Assembly (NCBI GenBank): GCA_030265395.1
Contig: JARFYF010000118.1
Location: 17,899,070 to 17,963,069 of the forward strand
DNA length: 64,000 bases
Source: Rhina ancylostomus
Lineage: Eukaryota
Direction of reading: 5' to 3'
How positions within the stretch are numbered: the first letter of the stretch is position 1; each line of letters opens with the position of its first letter. Below, piece after piece: positions 51,101-64,000 of the stretch. A model generated the notes under the pieces. That model did no database searches. It saw nothing but the letters and a program-made list of their open reading frames with translations, and had not been told where the DNA came from. The translations under genes and the position numbers were made by a program.

Positions 51101-54100
51101 ACCTTACCCCAGAAAGTGAATTTTGCTTGTAAAAGGGGAAGATCAGTGCTTCAGAATATCAAATGTAATAATGGAAGATTCACAGAGTCATAGAATCATA
51201 CAGCCTAGAAACAGGCCATTCGGCCCAACTCATACATGCTGACCAGTGGGCACCCTTCTGTGTTAATCCGTGTTTATCTAAAATGCTCCTTGTGACTTGG
51301 AGTTGCAAGTTGTAGGCACTCTGGTTATTTAGTATAGACTCCCATTTCCAATCCAACAGTATCACAAGTAAGAAATTATGGCGTTGGTACTAAGCTTTAT
51401 ATAATTACTGCGGAAAGATGGATACGAACATTTTTTCCCCCTCGATTGTCTCTGGCTTCCAGGTTTAGAATATTAAACAAATAAAGGAATGACTGGGAAT
51501 TACAGATAAGTATACAGGTAACTGAATTCTTTAACATTTAAAAATATTTAATATTCAATATTGTTTCCTTTCACTGTACCATATGTTCAAATTAATATAT
51601 AGGTGCAATATTGGGGAAACTGTCTTTCTTAGAAATTAGCCAAACATGTAAATTATTTGAAGGACTAATGGTTCTATATTTTTGATGCAGAACTGGTTTC
51701 ATTACATTGAAAGCAGCATGCTAGAATACTGTGAGTGTTAATGGTGTCTGAAGAAAACAGCTAATTTCTGTTACAGTTAGAGATGCTTACCTCCACAGGA
51801 GCTCAGAGTTAACAGGAAGCAGCAGAAACTCCTAGTTTTAGTAAAGTCTGCATTTACCTGAAGGAAATGGGTAAAACAGCCCTGGCTAGAATTTCTGTGA
51901 GAGCATTCTGATCACTGGGCTTAAAATTGGCAGAAGAATAGCAGAAAAGCCAGAAAAATCCATGGAAGGGAGAATGGATGCTGCGATTAACAATTATGGG
52001 TGAAACCTTGCTTTATATTGCCAAAAGTACATCACAAATGTTGTTCATTTCTGCATTGTGAAATCTGAAATTGTGGATTTTTGTCGTCGTGGAATTTGGA
52101 ACACTCCAATTGGCCATGGATCCCCCTAGACCGTGGAGGAAATATGAACCAAAGTCGCACAGTTTTAACTTTGTTTCCCTGAGTGAAAAATTTCCTTCTC
52201 GGGCAAGCAGTGAAATGGAATTGGTTACGTTGCCAATGCAACTGCATTTCCTGGCAACTTGTTTTCTGGAATGGCACATGAAGATTAGCATGAGTTTGGA
52301 GTTAACTGAAAAAAAAACTTTTTTTTTACAATTGGGGGAAAAGGACACAAATGCAAACTTATGGTGAGCAGCACAAGATGTAAAATTTCTAGCAGATGAA
52401 ATACAAAGTTATTCTTATCCTAAAAATAAGCAAGAAGTAACACAGTTCTGTATAGATTTTTCGGAGGTCTTGCCACAAGTATGGTCTCCAACACAATTGG
52501 ATGATTTAGTTAGAGTAATTGTGGCAGTACATTTTCCAGGAAGTTACATACATTGCACCATTATTAAAAGTGAATATGGGGAACTTTTGCCTGCATGTTT
52601 ACAATAGACTATTCACTTAGTAGAATTTATGTTGTTTCAGAAACTGCAGTGTGCTAGAGATCTATCATGTTAATTCTCCCTATTCCTTTGCACCTATTTA
52701 AAAAAATGTTAACATTTCTGATAAATTGCTCAACATAAGAATTTAAATTGTTAATATTTTTGGATCTTAATTTTCAGCAGAATAGAATCCAGAATGTCAA
52801 TTTAGTATACTTCCTCTCCAGATTCTGTAGGCTTTGTTCAACTGTAGATTCTGTCTAACCCAATTAAGGTCTCAGTGGGGAGAAAATATCTTATCTCCAC
52901 TCCTGTGGGGTGCTAGCTAATTTTGTATTTGTGTCCTCTAGTTCTGTGATTGAAATCGAAGTTGAATAATCTGTTTATGTCTGTATATCCCTTAATTGAC
53001 TTTTCTTCAGTGAAAGTAAGTTCAGATCTTGGTGTCTTCTTTTCAATCTATAGAGCCCCAAATCCCAGAATAATCCTAGTCGCTCCTCCCTGAACTCTCT
53101 CCAATGTGTCAGTGTACCGTTGAAGGTAGGATAATGAAAACTGTACCCGAAAGTCTAAAGGGCTGATTTTATGACCTTGTGCTCCTGGTTTGATTTTGCT
53201 GAAAGCTCACATTGGGAATTTGTGATTTGTTCCACCCACTAAAATTGATCTGATGGGCAGAATACTTAGGAGGGTGTGTACATTAGATCGCTGAGACACA
53301 TTCCCAGCAGGCAAAACTTCATACTAGGAGCAGAATTAAGAAAATTACCCTTAAATGTGGTGTTTAATCATGAGTTTTCCAAGTCCTGTGACCACAGTCT
53401 CCCTACTGTCTATGTCTTGTTTCATACTTGTGTATAATTTCATATTCATCACCAAAATAAAATTTATTTTTCATCCCTTACTCATTCACTTAATTTATCC
53501 AAATGTATTGAAGGCTACAAATCATTCTGATTATCTACCTGTATAGTTTGGTGTCATCAGCAAATTTTATATTCCAGTAGTTTTTCCTGCAACTCATTTA
53601 TGAACATTAAGAACAGACCCCATGAAACTGTACAAGTTAATGCCTCCCAGTCTGGGCTTATGGCCTTTAATACCTTTTGCTCTCTGTTCCTGAGTAAATG
53701 TTCCACACAGTTAGTTAATGTCTTAAATACCCTTCAGATATTCGACGTTATCAAGCAATTTCTAAAATTGCAAATGAATTATGTCAACCAAACAACACTC
53801 GTGTTTTAATTAAATTGCCTCCTCAAGGAATGTCTGTAGGCTTATGAAGCATAACCTGTTGACTTTAATACCACGCTGACTGTTCCATATCTTTTAATGG
53901 TCTTTGCATTGTTGAGATGGACGTTAATATTGTGCTTTGAAGTGCAATTAAACAATTTCCACACCATTACTGTTAGTCCAACCTTCTATTCTTCCCAGTT
54001 TCTTGCCTCACTTTTTNNNNNNNNNNNNNNNNNNNNNNNNNNNNNNNNNNNNNNNNNNNNNNNNNNNNNNNNNNNNNNNNNNNNNNNNNNNNNNNNNNNN

Positions 54101-57100
54101 NNNNNNNNNNNNNNNNTTTAAAATATATTGATAGCCATTAACTTAGAGTCTTCAGGTTCAACTCTCATATGCAAAAAGATAAATTAGGAAACCAGTCATC
54201 CTATCATACTTGAGATGTGAAGACTTCTGGAATGGAACATATTGTTATTCCATTATCTGTCTTCTCTCTATAATTGTATCTTCCAAGTATTTATCCCATA
54301 CTGTTTGAGAAGTGTGATTTATGCCTTAATGGCTCATTCAAATTGCATAGCTGGCAATGCAGATAATTAAGGGTGGTTCCTGCTGTGGACCACTCCCTGC
54401 CAATTTAATTTGAGCCCGAAGTGTGGTGCTTCCTTTGCCTTGCGAGGACCAGGGTTGATCTTGAGTCGGGTGAGGGCTGGTGAGCTGAGGATGATGATTG
54501 GGTGAGGATCATCTGGAACAATCTGCACCTACAGTCAGGATATGAAGAGAGTCAGGAAGAAACTGACACAGTGGTTAAGGGTGAGAGTGGTTCATCTGGA
54601 AGATTTGGAGCCTTTGGTGTGGGCAGACAATCTGGAAGGATTGGGTCCTTTAGTCAGGGGATGGGCACTGGTCTCTGGAAGGATGTTGTCACATAGTGAT
54701 CAGCAATGTTGCCGGAGGTGTGGGTGGAAATTAGGGCTTCTGTCAGAGGTTGAGGAGGACTGGCTTAATACCAGGAAGATCAGAGCATTAGATTTTTGGG
54801 AAGATTGGATGATCCAGAGGTCAGTAAGGGGATGGTGCAGTAAGTGAGTTTGACAAGGGGTTGGGAAAGTTGGAGTCCTGGAGGACTGAGGGATAAAGGG
54901 GTCAGGGCTTGGTCCTCGATGGGTCCAGAAGCAAGGTCGTGGGTTGGGAATGTCGGTGGGGCTCTTAAGGATTAAAGCTAAGTAATGGAGTTAGTTTATC
55001 AGTGTCCCAAGCCAGCATGCGATAATTACTGTAAACATGACTGATCCAGTAGTGTCCACATTGCGGACAGCTTAGTCTAAGTTGCCCTACAGTGCTTCAA
55101 AATAGTGCTGCAGGGAAATTATATCATCCTGCGTGCAGCTGAAGGGAAAATTGTACCAGTCATGCAAAAGTGAATCGTGCCCAAAAGGCCTGGACCAGAG
55201 TGATGTGAAATGACCCAGAAGAAGTAGTTGTATTTCATTCCAGATAAATCAATTTTCAATCATATAACACTGACAAAATATATTGTGAAGAGATTGGATT
55301 TCTCACCAAGTATCTTAAATTTCCCTTAATTCTTTGGAGAACATTCAAAATTCATGCACCACTGGTGCTGATTTACAGGCAGTGGAAATTATCTTTAACT
55401 ATTTTATTGCCAGTTAATCTTTCTTAATTTTCACTGCTTTACATTCCTCCTTAACGTTCAATGCTCTACTGAAAAATGCTTTTGGTTTTTGAGCCTTTCA
55501 TTAGACCATGTAATCATACAATGAGAAATCTAAGCTTTGCATGGTCTTTTGTTTAATGCTCCCTAAAATGGGGATTCAGGGATTCTACACAATATTATAT
55601 TGATAGTTTAACAATGTGTTGTACAAATTCAGTTCTGCACTCTTTGATTTTTATATTCAGTGCACCAGCTTTTAAAATTCAGAATCTTGCCTGCACAGAT
55701 CTTTCCCCTCCAAGTCTCTGCACCATACCTATGTTTCCTCCTTTACTAAGGTCCAATTTTAATAATCCAATATTAGGAGCATAGAAATTCTTAAGACAGT
55801 GCAAGAAAAGTAAGAATTTAATCAAAACCCATTGCTAACTGCAATAATTCAGTTCTTGTGATTCACCAGTGTGGTTTGGAGTACTCCATATGACACACTT
55901 ATGCTCAGAGATATCATGCTGCAATGTAGCTTTAAACAATGCCTGACACATATTTTGTCAGCTTTTCAAAATTCATGTACGCATGTGACCTGTGAATGGA
56001 ATCACGGATGTAGCAACAGACCTACACAAGACAGGTGGTGGCTACTTGCAGCATGACCTGGAGGACCATCCTGACCAGCTTTGGGCTCATGGATTCTCTG
56101 CAGCTCAGCAACCTTTAAGCTCTTACTTACTCCTTAGTCCTACCACCCTCCCCCCATCACTTCAGATCTCTTTCAGACCTCCATCAATGTACCTCAGTCT
56201 GAGCCCCTCCCTTCTTCCCCTAACTCACTCCACCATCCTCGAGCACCAATTAAGGGAGGAGGAGGATTCACAAATGAACCAGCCTTCAACCAAGACAGAA
56301 TGACTTGTCCTGCAATATATAACATGAACTAGCTGCTATTATGTTTGCCTACAAAGCAGAAAGCAATTCTTGGATTTTAAGAGATGCAATATAAATGCAA
56401 GTTTTGTTTTATCTTTCAGTTTATAAGGTCATTCGTATAAAATTAAGCCCAGCTTTGATTCCCCTTACGCTTATGTTCACATCCTTTAGATAAATAGAAA
56501 ACAGTTGCACCATATTGAAGATAATTATATCCTCTAAGCCTTCTATCCTTTGGGCATCTTTCATTTCCACATGCACTAATATCACATGCCAGAAGTTTTG
56601 ATAAGAAGGTGCTTTATTAAATAGCTTCTGAAAGCACTGCTCATAATCGAAATTCTAAATATCTTAATAATCTAGAATCTCATTGGAGAATTCCACTTAG
56701 TAAATTCTCTCTGATGGCTCAAGTCTTTGGAATTCTGTACTAATTAATCCTATTTTTTGAACAATGGAAGTAAACCTACAGCAAATATGAGACTAACTGG
56801 CCAATGTTTTCCTCACTTCCCTACGTTACCCTCTTGCAAAAAAATTCCAAAAATGTTTATGTTGCTCCTTCAGATAACCCTACAAATGAATCTGTAATTG
56901 CTGTGAGGATGCAGCCTATCAGGTCTGGATACTCCGTAGGTTTTTAAGTCTGAAAGTTAGGTTGCACAATTGCTGCTTGTTTTTCTACCAAGTATTCAAC
57001 TCTGGGCAAAAATTCAGCCTCTAGAAATAATTTAACAAAAATGTGAGTTTATTTTGAGTTGGTTAATGCCGCTTCTGTAATAGTAGGGTAATACATGATG

Positions 57101-58750
57101 TGGCCGCAGTGTGCTTACATTATTCATTGGATTCTGACTTCTGAAACTTAATTCCTTTAATTTCTTCATTCCAAGAATACTTTGTTGATTTCAACATGCA
57201 TATGAACTCATTGATCAAAATGTCCAAAATCAAACTTTATTTGTGATTTTCATATTTGAAAGCAAGTAGTTTATTTAACAATTCATTGATTCTTGATATC
57301 TCCTAACCTTTACCCTAAATATTTTTAACACTATACATTGGGTAAAATATGTTATGGTTTTACTTAGATTTTTAAAACAAAAATCACTCCTGCTGCTCTC
57401 AACGATCACAAAGATAACAAAGAAACAGACTTGATTGAGTAGGTACACAGAAGCTATTTTCTGCAGTTGATCCATTAAGCTCATGTGGTGCAGCCTTTCA
57501 GTGAAACATTTCTGTCTGCCAAAGAATCCAGCTGGTTTTTGAGTGCTTCCAAAGATTTTTCCTCTGCTACTCTATCTAAAGGCTGTTTCAGGCCTTCAGT
57601 TGTTTTGGAGAAGTATATCCTGACATCAGTTCTGAACTTACATTTTACTACTTTGTACCTAGGTTCCCTTGGGGTTTAACTTGGAATAGTGACCTTTTCT
57701 ATTCCACTTAGCATCTTACATGCCTCTTTAATATACCTTCTCAGTCACTCTTTTGTTGCTTCATGGTAAATGGGCATCGCTGGCAAGGACAGCATTTATT
57801 CCCTATTCCTTTATGGCCTTGTAATGCATGTTTGTTGGGCCATTTTGGAGGTCAGTTGAAAGTATGTTGCTGTAGATCAAATATTACTTAATTGATTGAA
57901 TTTAAGTTCCCGGACTGATATGGTGGTATTTGAACACGTCTCTGGTTTACCAGTACAGATTTTCTAATTATTAGTTCAGTAATGTGACCAATATGCTGCA
58001 ATACTCCATGTAAGCAATGAAGAATCAAACAGACTGTTTTTTAAAATAAGCTATGAATAAGTTGTTATCTAACTCCTTAGGGCAGAATTTCAGTGGTTTC
58101 CCCTATCTCTCAAAGCCCTAGAGAAAAGACATAATTGGTGCAACATTTTAATGCTGTACCCAAATGGTTGTTTTGGAAAGTTTGCTTTGCTGCCACCTTC
58201 AGCTACACAGATAACATATTCCCGTGGAAGCACTTTTGGCAAAACCTGGAAGCATATTCTGAAAGAGGAGCTCAGAATGATGATTAATGTCATCACTGCA
58301 TGAATATATATTTTCCCTCCATGAATCTAATGTCAATAGCATCCTTTTTGTTTTAAAATGATGAAGACAACCCTCTCCCTGATCTGCTTGCCATTGTCGC
58401 CACACATTTTTAAAAATAGTTTCATTTTGATTAAGTGTTGAATTCACTGTTAATGCTAAGCCTCCGCCCATCCATTCTGTGAATAATAACAAACACTGTT
58501 GGAAGTGCACAGTAGGTAATCAGTCATTATCTGAAAGATATGTCAATATTTTGGATGAACTTTTCATCATCATCATCATCCTGATACAAGGTTCTGTTTC
58601 AGTTGCAGCCGTTTTTTTCCCCAGAGATTGATCCACAGGGCTTCACAATTTTGGAAATAAAAGCAGTACAAGTGATGTTACTCCAAAATATGTGATTAAT
58701 TTGAATGAGCTTTTAATAACCATTCCCTGAAATGAAAAATAGATTGTTCC

Positions 58751-58852
58751 AAAGTAAAAAAAAAGCATAGGTTCTCGTGCTACAAACACTTGCATTAATG
58801 TAAAGTAAAAAAAAAGCATAGGTTCTCGTGCTACAAACACTTGCATTAATGT
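58751..58852. repeat. Perfect 51-bp tandem duplication
   Basis: aaagtaaaaaaaaagcataggttctcgtgctacaaacacttgcattaatgt occurs at 58751-58801 and 58802-58852. Confidence 0.95.
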
Positions 58853-61457
58853 TGCACCTTCATCCCAGATGTAAATCTCAACACATTTCACAGGACTGTA
58901 ATTGGACAACAGATAATTGTAATCGGACAATGGGTAATTGTGATTGGCAAGCAGGTGTGACTGAGCCAAAAGTAAATAGCCCAATCTGCATAATCCTTCA
59001 AAAATGGAAAACTAAATACAAGCCCTGGTACAATTGTGGTCATTCAAAGCATTATAGAACAGGAGGGAGGGCTCCAGGGGGGAATTTAACCATGCAGGTA
59101 AGAATTTTGTTTTAAAAATGTAGGCAGACAGAGTGCAAATGTAGGTTGGTGAGCACAGGAATAGTTGGTGCACAGAAGTTGGTGTTGGTCAGGAATATGG
59201 ACACCCCAGTTATAGTTGATTTCAGGTTTATAGAGGAGTTCATGAAGGTGTGTGTCTGGCCAAGGTAGCATTGAAGCAGTCTCTTAACAAAGAGAAGGAA
59301 ATGGTTTCAGAACTGAAACAGGATCAAAAATGGCTGATGCTACAGCAGTAGAAATAGCTTTATGGTAGATTCCCTTTATGATAGATTCTCTATGGTGCCC
59401 AAAGCTTAATTCAGGATCAGTCAAGGTGCAACATTTGCAAGTAAGTTTGTTCAACTTTGAACCATAGCTAGAGAAATGGATGGAATCAAGGAAAGGGGAA
59501 TAGAGTTTATGGAAGGGGCTGTAGACAGTGGATCTAGTCTTCCCAAACTTAGTTTTGTAGAACACGCAGCTCATCTTGATCAGGTGAGTGGATGTTGGAA
59601 GGATTGAGTGTGCCTTTCCTGAGGTGGAGATGGGTNNNNNNNNNNATACATTGCAACATAATGCTGCTGGAAGGCAACTTACTGATGAAAAGGATGGGGT
59701 CAAGAATTGACCCTCGAGGGGTTTGGAGGCAACAGTGAAGGAGCAAGAATAGAAGCCATTGAAGGAGATGAACTGGCTTTATTGAAAAAGGTAGCCATGG
59801 AATTGGTTGTCCAATGGACATGCAGTGTTGGAAGAAGATGGATGCCAAGGGTTGGAGACTGGTTGAGGAGGGATCATGCATCATAGGTATGATCATAAAA
59901 GATGTCTACTGTGGCTTTTTACCCATCAATTTCAGTGCTAAAATGGGGCAAAAAAACTTATTTTGAAACAAGGCATTGAAGGAATGATGGGCATGAATTA
60001 CATGAATCTTTAAAGAAAGAATATGTATATTTGTAGAAATAATTGAAGTCCATTTCCACCTCTCCCCTGGTCTTCACTGGAATTGGTTTCTGTATTGTCT
60101 CCCTATTTTAGCATTGTCAGTTTGTTAAATATACTGGTGCGAAAACATCCCTCATAATTTGAATACTGAAAAGCAAACAAAAAAAAACAACTGGAAATCT
60201 GAATTAAAACAAAATGCTGGAAATATTCATCAGGTTAGGCAGTATGCATAGAAGCAAAGTTAATGTTTCATGTTAATGAACCTTCATCAGAGCTATTGAA
60301 GAGCTGTTGTCCTCCACTGAAAGATTAGTGTACTTGTGGTTGTAACTTTTATTTGTCTATGCCAAATAAGAGCATAAGTCATTGTTATTTAACTACAGTT
60401 TCCCTTTAAATCTAAAAAGTAGATTGCTGTTAGTAAATTATTGTCAAATTTAAGCTGGTTAAATCTGATCACCTTGAACCTAAAGAAACTTGGAACATTT
60501 GTAGAGATTGTTAAATATACTTATCTCATGCAGAATAAAACTGAAAGTAAAGGAGCCGTGTTGGAGGATTCCGATCCATCAGCCTCCATGTCATTTTGAA
60601 GCAGCTACTTTACTGTGCTCATNNNNNNNNNNTATAATACTTTCACATCCATCATTCTGCTTTGACCCAAAATGACTTCAGACCACCATCTCCCTGAGTA
60701 AGTGCTTTGTAAATCTTTTTTTGTATGGAGTACCATTACACTGAAAGTGACATTTGCTTCAAGTGATGTGACCAGCATTTCAGAATGATTTATGTCTTTG
60801 TGTTATGTGACTGAACAAATGAAAAGTGTTTGTAATGTTTTTGCATTTTAAGAAGAGCTACTTCAATAACCTTCTACATCTGAGTTTTTTTGCTGTGTTC
60901 ATCAAGAAAGTTAATTCAACACTTTCTATTTCAGACAGTCAGTGTCAGCATGAAGTACTCTCAGGTCAGGTCTAACACAATTAGATGCAAAGTGAAGTTC
61001 TGTACCAACAAAGCATCCCTATTTAACCTCATAAGCATGTCTTGCCGCAGCAGTGTGATATTATTTAATTTCCTACATCAGCTATTCCATGGCAGATCTG
61101 ATTGAGGTTGCCAAATTAGAGTGTTCTTTGGCTCACACCCTTAAGGGACTGAGTTGAGATGCCTTGTGGTTAAGCATAGCCCCATACCAGTTAGCCAGTG
61201 GCGAAGACATTCTTTTTAGCAATCTGAGCTCAATGTTCTTGGGGTTGCAGAGTTAGAGAATATCATATAATCAATGGCATTGTCCGGGCTCCTCACAACA
61301 TGGCAAAACCTGATGATGAGGACCCAAGAACACAATGGCGATAATGATGAAGTGGTGTTTTGTTTGTTAAAATGTGAAATATTAGCTGCCCCATCTAGAT
61401 CACAATTCGATATTTATTTCTGAATAGATGCTACTAATTGTTTAATTTGCCTTCCAG

Positions 61458-61493
61458 AGAAGAAAATCTAGATATGCTGAATTAGACTTCGAG
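61458..61493 (+). CDS. ADGRB1: ADGRB1 coding exon (36 nt)
   Basis: ccttccag|AGA...GAG|gtgagc. Translates RRKSRYAELDFE. Confidence 0.95.
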
Positions 61494-61593
61494 GTGAGCC
61501 CTTTCTGCCAAGTTCACTGGTTTAAGTGTTGATCCTGTATCAGACGCACTCAGCTGCATTTTTTTAAACTAATGTCTTGCTTTCTATCTCCAG

Positions 61594-61698
61594 AAAATAA
61601 TGCACACAAGGAAACGGCATCAGGACATGTTTCAGGATCTAAACAGGAAACTTCAGCATGCTGAGAAAGATAGAGAATCTCCGACAGTAGACAACAAA
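61594..61698 (+). CDS. ADGRB1: ADGRB1 coding exon with the ELMO-binding RKR helix
   Basis: tatctccag|AAA...AAA|gtaaga. Translates [35 protein letters not shown]. Follows a 100-nt intron. The terminal exon (QTEV PDZ ligand) was not seen, so it is presumably beyond the window. Confidence 0.95.
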
Positions 61699-62019
61699 GT
61701 AAGAACGGGTGTCTGTAATCCAAGAGGGCTCAGTTGTGTATTGTAGGGCCCATATAAAAAAAGTCCCAGTGAAGTAAATCCAAAATCCTTTCTACATTAT
61801 TGGTATAGCCCACATAGCCTTAAGTTATTGTTACAGCTTCACTGCAAACCAAAGCCATGCTATCAACCAGTCATAATGATGATATATGATGCAGCAACAA
61901 GAGATGGAATGGGGATCACGTTCTCATTTCCCAGTGATCCAGCTTAAACTCACTGAAAAACCTTTTGAGTTTATTCTGCCAGTCATTGTGATTATGTCTG
62001 ATCCTTTATCTGAACACCA

Positions 62020-62765
62020 TCTCCCTTCATACCTTTTCTGTCCAGGAATCTTGCTGTCTCTTTATTGGTTGTTGAGCTCCCACCACCTTTTGCTAAAGAA
62101 AATTCCACAGGTTCATCACCCTTTGAAGAAATTTCTCCTCATCTCAGTTCAAATGTCATGCCCTTATCCTAAGACTGATCTGTCTTAGTTTTAGTATCTC
62201 AAGTCAGGGGAAGCATTTTTCCTGCATCCTGCCCGTCAAAGTTTTGTGCATTTTCATGAGATCTCTTCTGATTCTTCTAAAATGTAGTGAATATAGGCCT
62301 GGCCACCCCAATCTCTCCTCATACAATACTGCCACCATCCCTGGAATTAGTTTGGTGAGTCTTCATTGCTCTCCCTCTATGACAAATCCATCCTTTTTAG
62401 GAAAGTAATCCAAAACTGCATATAATTCTGCAGGTGTGGATTCAATGTATTCCATCAATTAGACATGCATGTCCAATGTATCAGATGTACCCAATATGTG
62501 TCTGTTGTAACTGTGGCCATTGAATGGTCAAATACAATGGCCATTATAGCCATGTTATTGCCCATTCACTGAATTTGTCCAAATCACCTTAAGCCTCTTT
62601 GTATCCTCCTCACAACTCAAAATCCCTCACAGTTTTGCGCCATCGGCAAACTTAGAAATATTATGTCCGGTACCCTCCTCCAAATCATTGATATATATTG
62701 TGAATTGCTGAGACCTGAACATGTATCCCTGTGGTACACCACTAGTCAACACTTGCCATCTTGAA
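62020..62765 (-). mobile_element. Old CR1 LINE fragment
   Basis: gcgccatcggcaaacttagaaatatt is the reverse of ISKFADG. gtggtacaccactagt is the reverse of TSGVPQG. Confidence 0.75.
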
Positions 62766-63339
62766 AGACCTTACAAGAGAAGTTTGGATGGTTCAACAAA
62801 GTTCTTGATTGAAACGTAGCCTAGTTGGGAAAAAAGCACTTCAACCAAAACAGTCACTGGACACTAGAACAAATTAGAATCTTTTTAATCTTTTTGTTTC
62901 CCCAATTAGTGAAAGACAATTCAGAAAAATTCCAAAATTTGCCGTCGTCGTATCCCTGAATTTTAATTTAAAAATTTTAATTGCCTGGCTTAATATCTCA
63001 GTAGTAATGTTATCCTTAATTAAGTTCAATCAAAGAATTGTGAATGATCAACAGTAAAAGGAGTTGACTTTGGTGGCTGAATATAGTTTTTGGCGGGGAA
63101 TTTGTGCAGCAAACTGTGGAAGTTAGCAGATCCCTTTACAAAGGGAAAGTTCCAAACTTGCCAATACCATTGTCTTATGTATATTTCAATGAAAGCCCTC
63201 ACTGGTGGTGCACTTCCTTCAAAATATGTTTATAGTAATGTATTTTTGTTGGCATTCATAAGGTCATGTCTACAGAAACTAATTAATTGCCTGCTGAGCA
63301 TGTTCTAAGTGTGAAATTAGATAAGGAAGCCTTGACTTC

Positions 63340-63830
63340 ATAGCAGCATGCATACTTCTGAATTAAAAGGTCATGAGTTGAAGGCCCACTGCAGAGACTT
63401 CAATACGTAACCTGAACTGACATTTCAGTACTGTGCTGGGGGAGTGCTGTATCTTCAGAGATGTTCTCTGGTCATGTATTAATTTGCCATCTCAGATATG
63501 TGTGAAAGTGTAACTTTTACCACTGAGGGAGAATGTCTCCCTCTTTGAATGTAATAACTGTAGGGAGGCAAAGGGACATCTAGTCTGTCCCGTTTAGGAT
63601 TCTTGACCAATTTTGACCTCCCAGTATCTTGATCCAGCATTTGTTCCTCAACCAACTGGATCAAAACAGATGATATAGTCTTTATTTCTGCTGTTCTTGG
63701 GCTTTACTGCACATGAAATAACTTCCATATTTTCTATCACATTACAACATTTGAGTTAGAACATAGTACAATCAGGAACAGGCCCTTTAACCAGTTTCAT
63801 TAGATGTGAAGATATATTTAATTAGGTGTG
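63340..63830 (+). mobile_element. Decayed Deu-domain SINE (SacSINE-like)
   Basis: gagttgaaggcccactgcagagactt...ctgacatttcagtactgtgctgggggagtgctgtatc head and Deu-like 3' part. Confidence 0.55.
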
Positions 63831-64000
63831 AAGTTCTGAGGGTCTTGAGTGCATATAAGACGCAAAATGAATGTGTTTGTTTTTAGTGTCCAAGTCATCT
63901 ACAACTTTGTCCTCTTGTTTCAGAAATAATATACCAACTGTCCAGAAAAAAAATCACTGGCTGGTTTCTGGGATAAGAGATTGTCCTAGCACAAATAATT

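Noticed and set aside
1-64000. Remaining 60-140-aa ORFs in the track; tRNA, rRNA and CRISPR candidates
   Set aside because: The ORFs have no recognisable domains or codon structure. The tRNA-like boxes belong to SINE heads. No regularly spaced repeat-spacer array was seen.

Overview
AT-rich vertebrate genomic DNA. The repeat content (CR1, Rex1/Babar, HE1/V-SINE, Deu-domain SINEs, Harbinger fossils) points to a cartilaginous fish, which is an inference. The draft assembly has many N gaps. The + strand carries eight coding exons from the 3' half of the adhesion GPCR gene ADGRB1/BAI1, running from TM5-ICL3 to the ELMO-binding RKR helix; the gene starts before and ends after this window. One of these is a 99-nt ICL3 cassette exon of the type known from BAI2/BAI3. 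The large cytoplasmic exon contains an in-frame TAG and lacks the mammalian poly-proline tract. On the - strand, inside an ADGRB1 intron, lies an intact first exon (127 codons) of a recoverin/visinin-family Ca2+ sensor with a compact photoreceptor-type promoter (tandem CRX sites). I could not find its exons 2-3 in the called sequence. The rest is intronic: decayed LINEs/SINEs, a two-ORF Harbinger fossil, palindromic repeats, a 39-bp-stem hairpin and a candidate 9-nt microexon. No prokaryotic-type system, RNA gene or CRISPR array is evident. All family assignments come from my recall of reference sequences, not from database searches.
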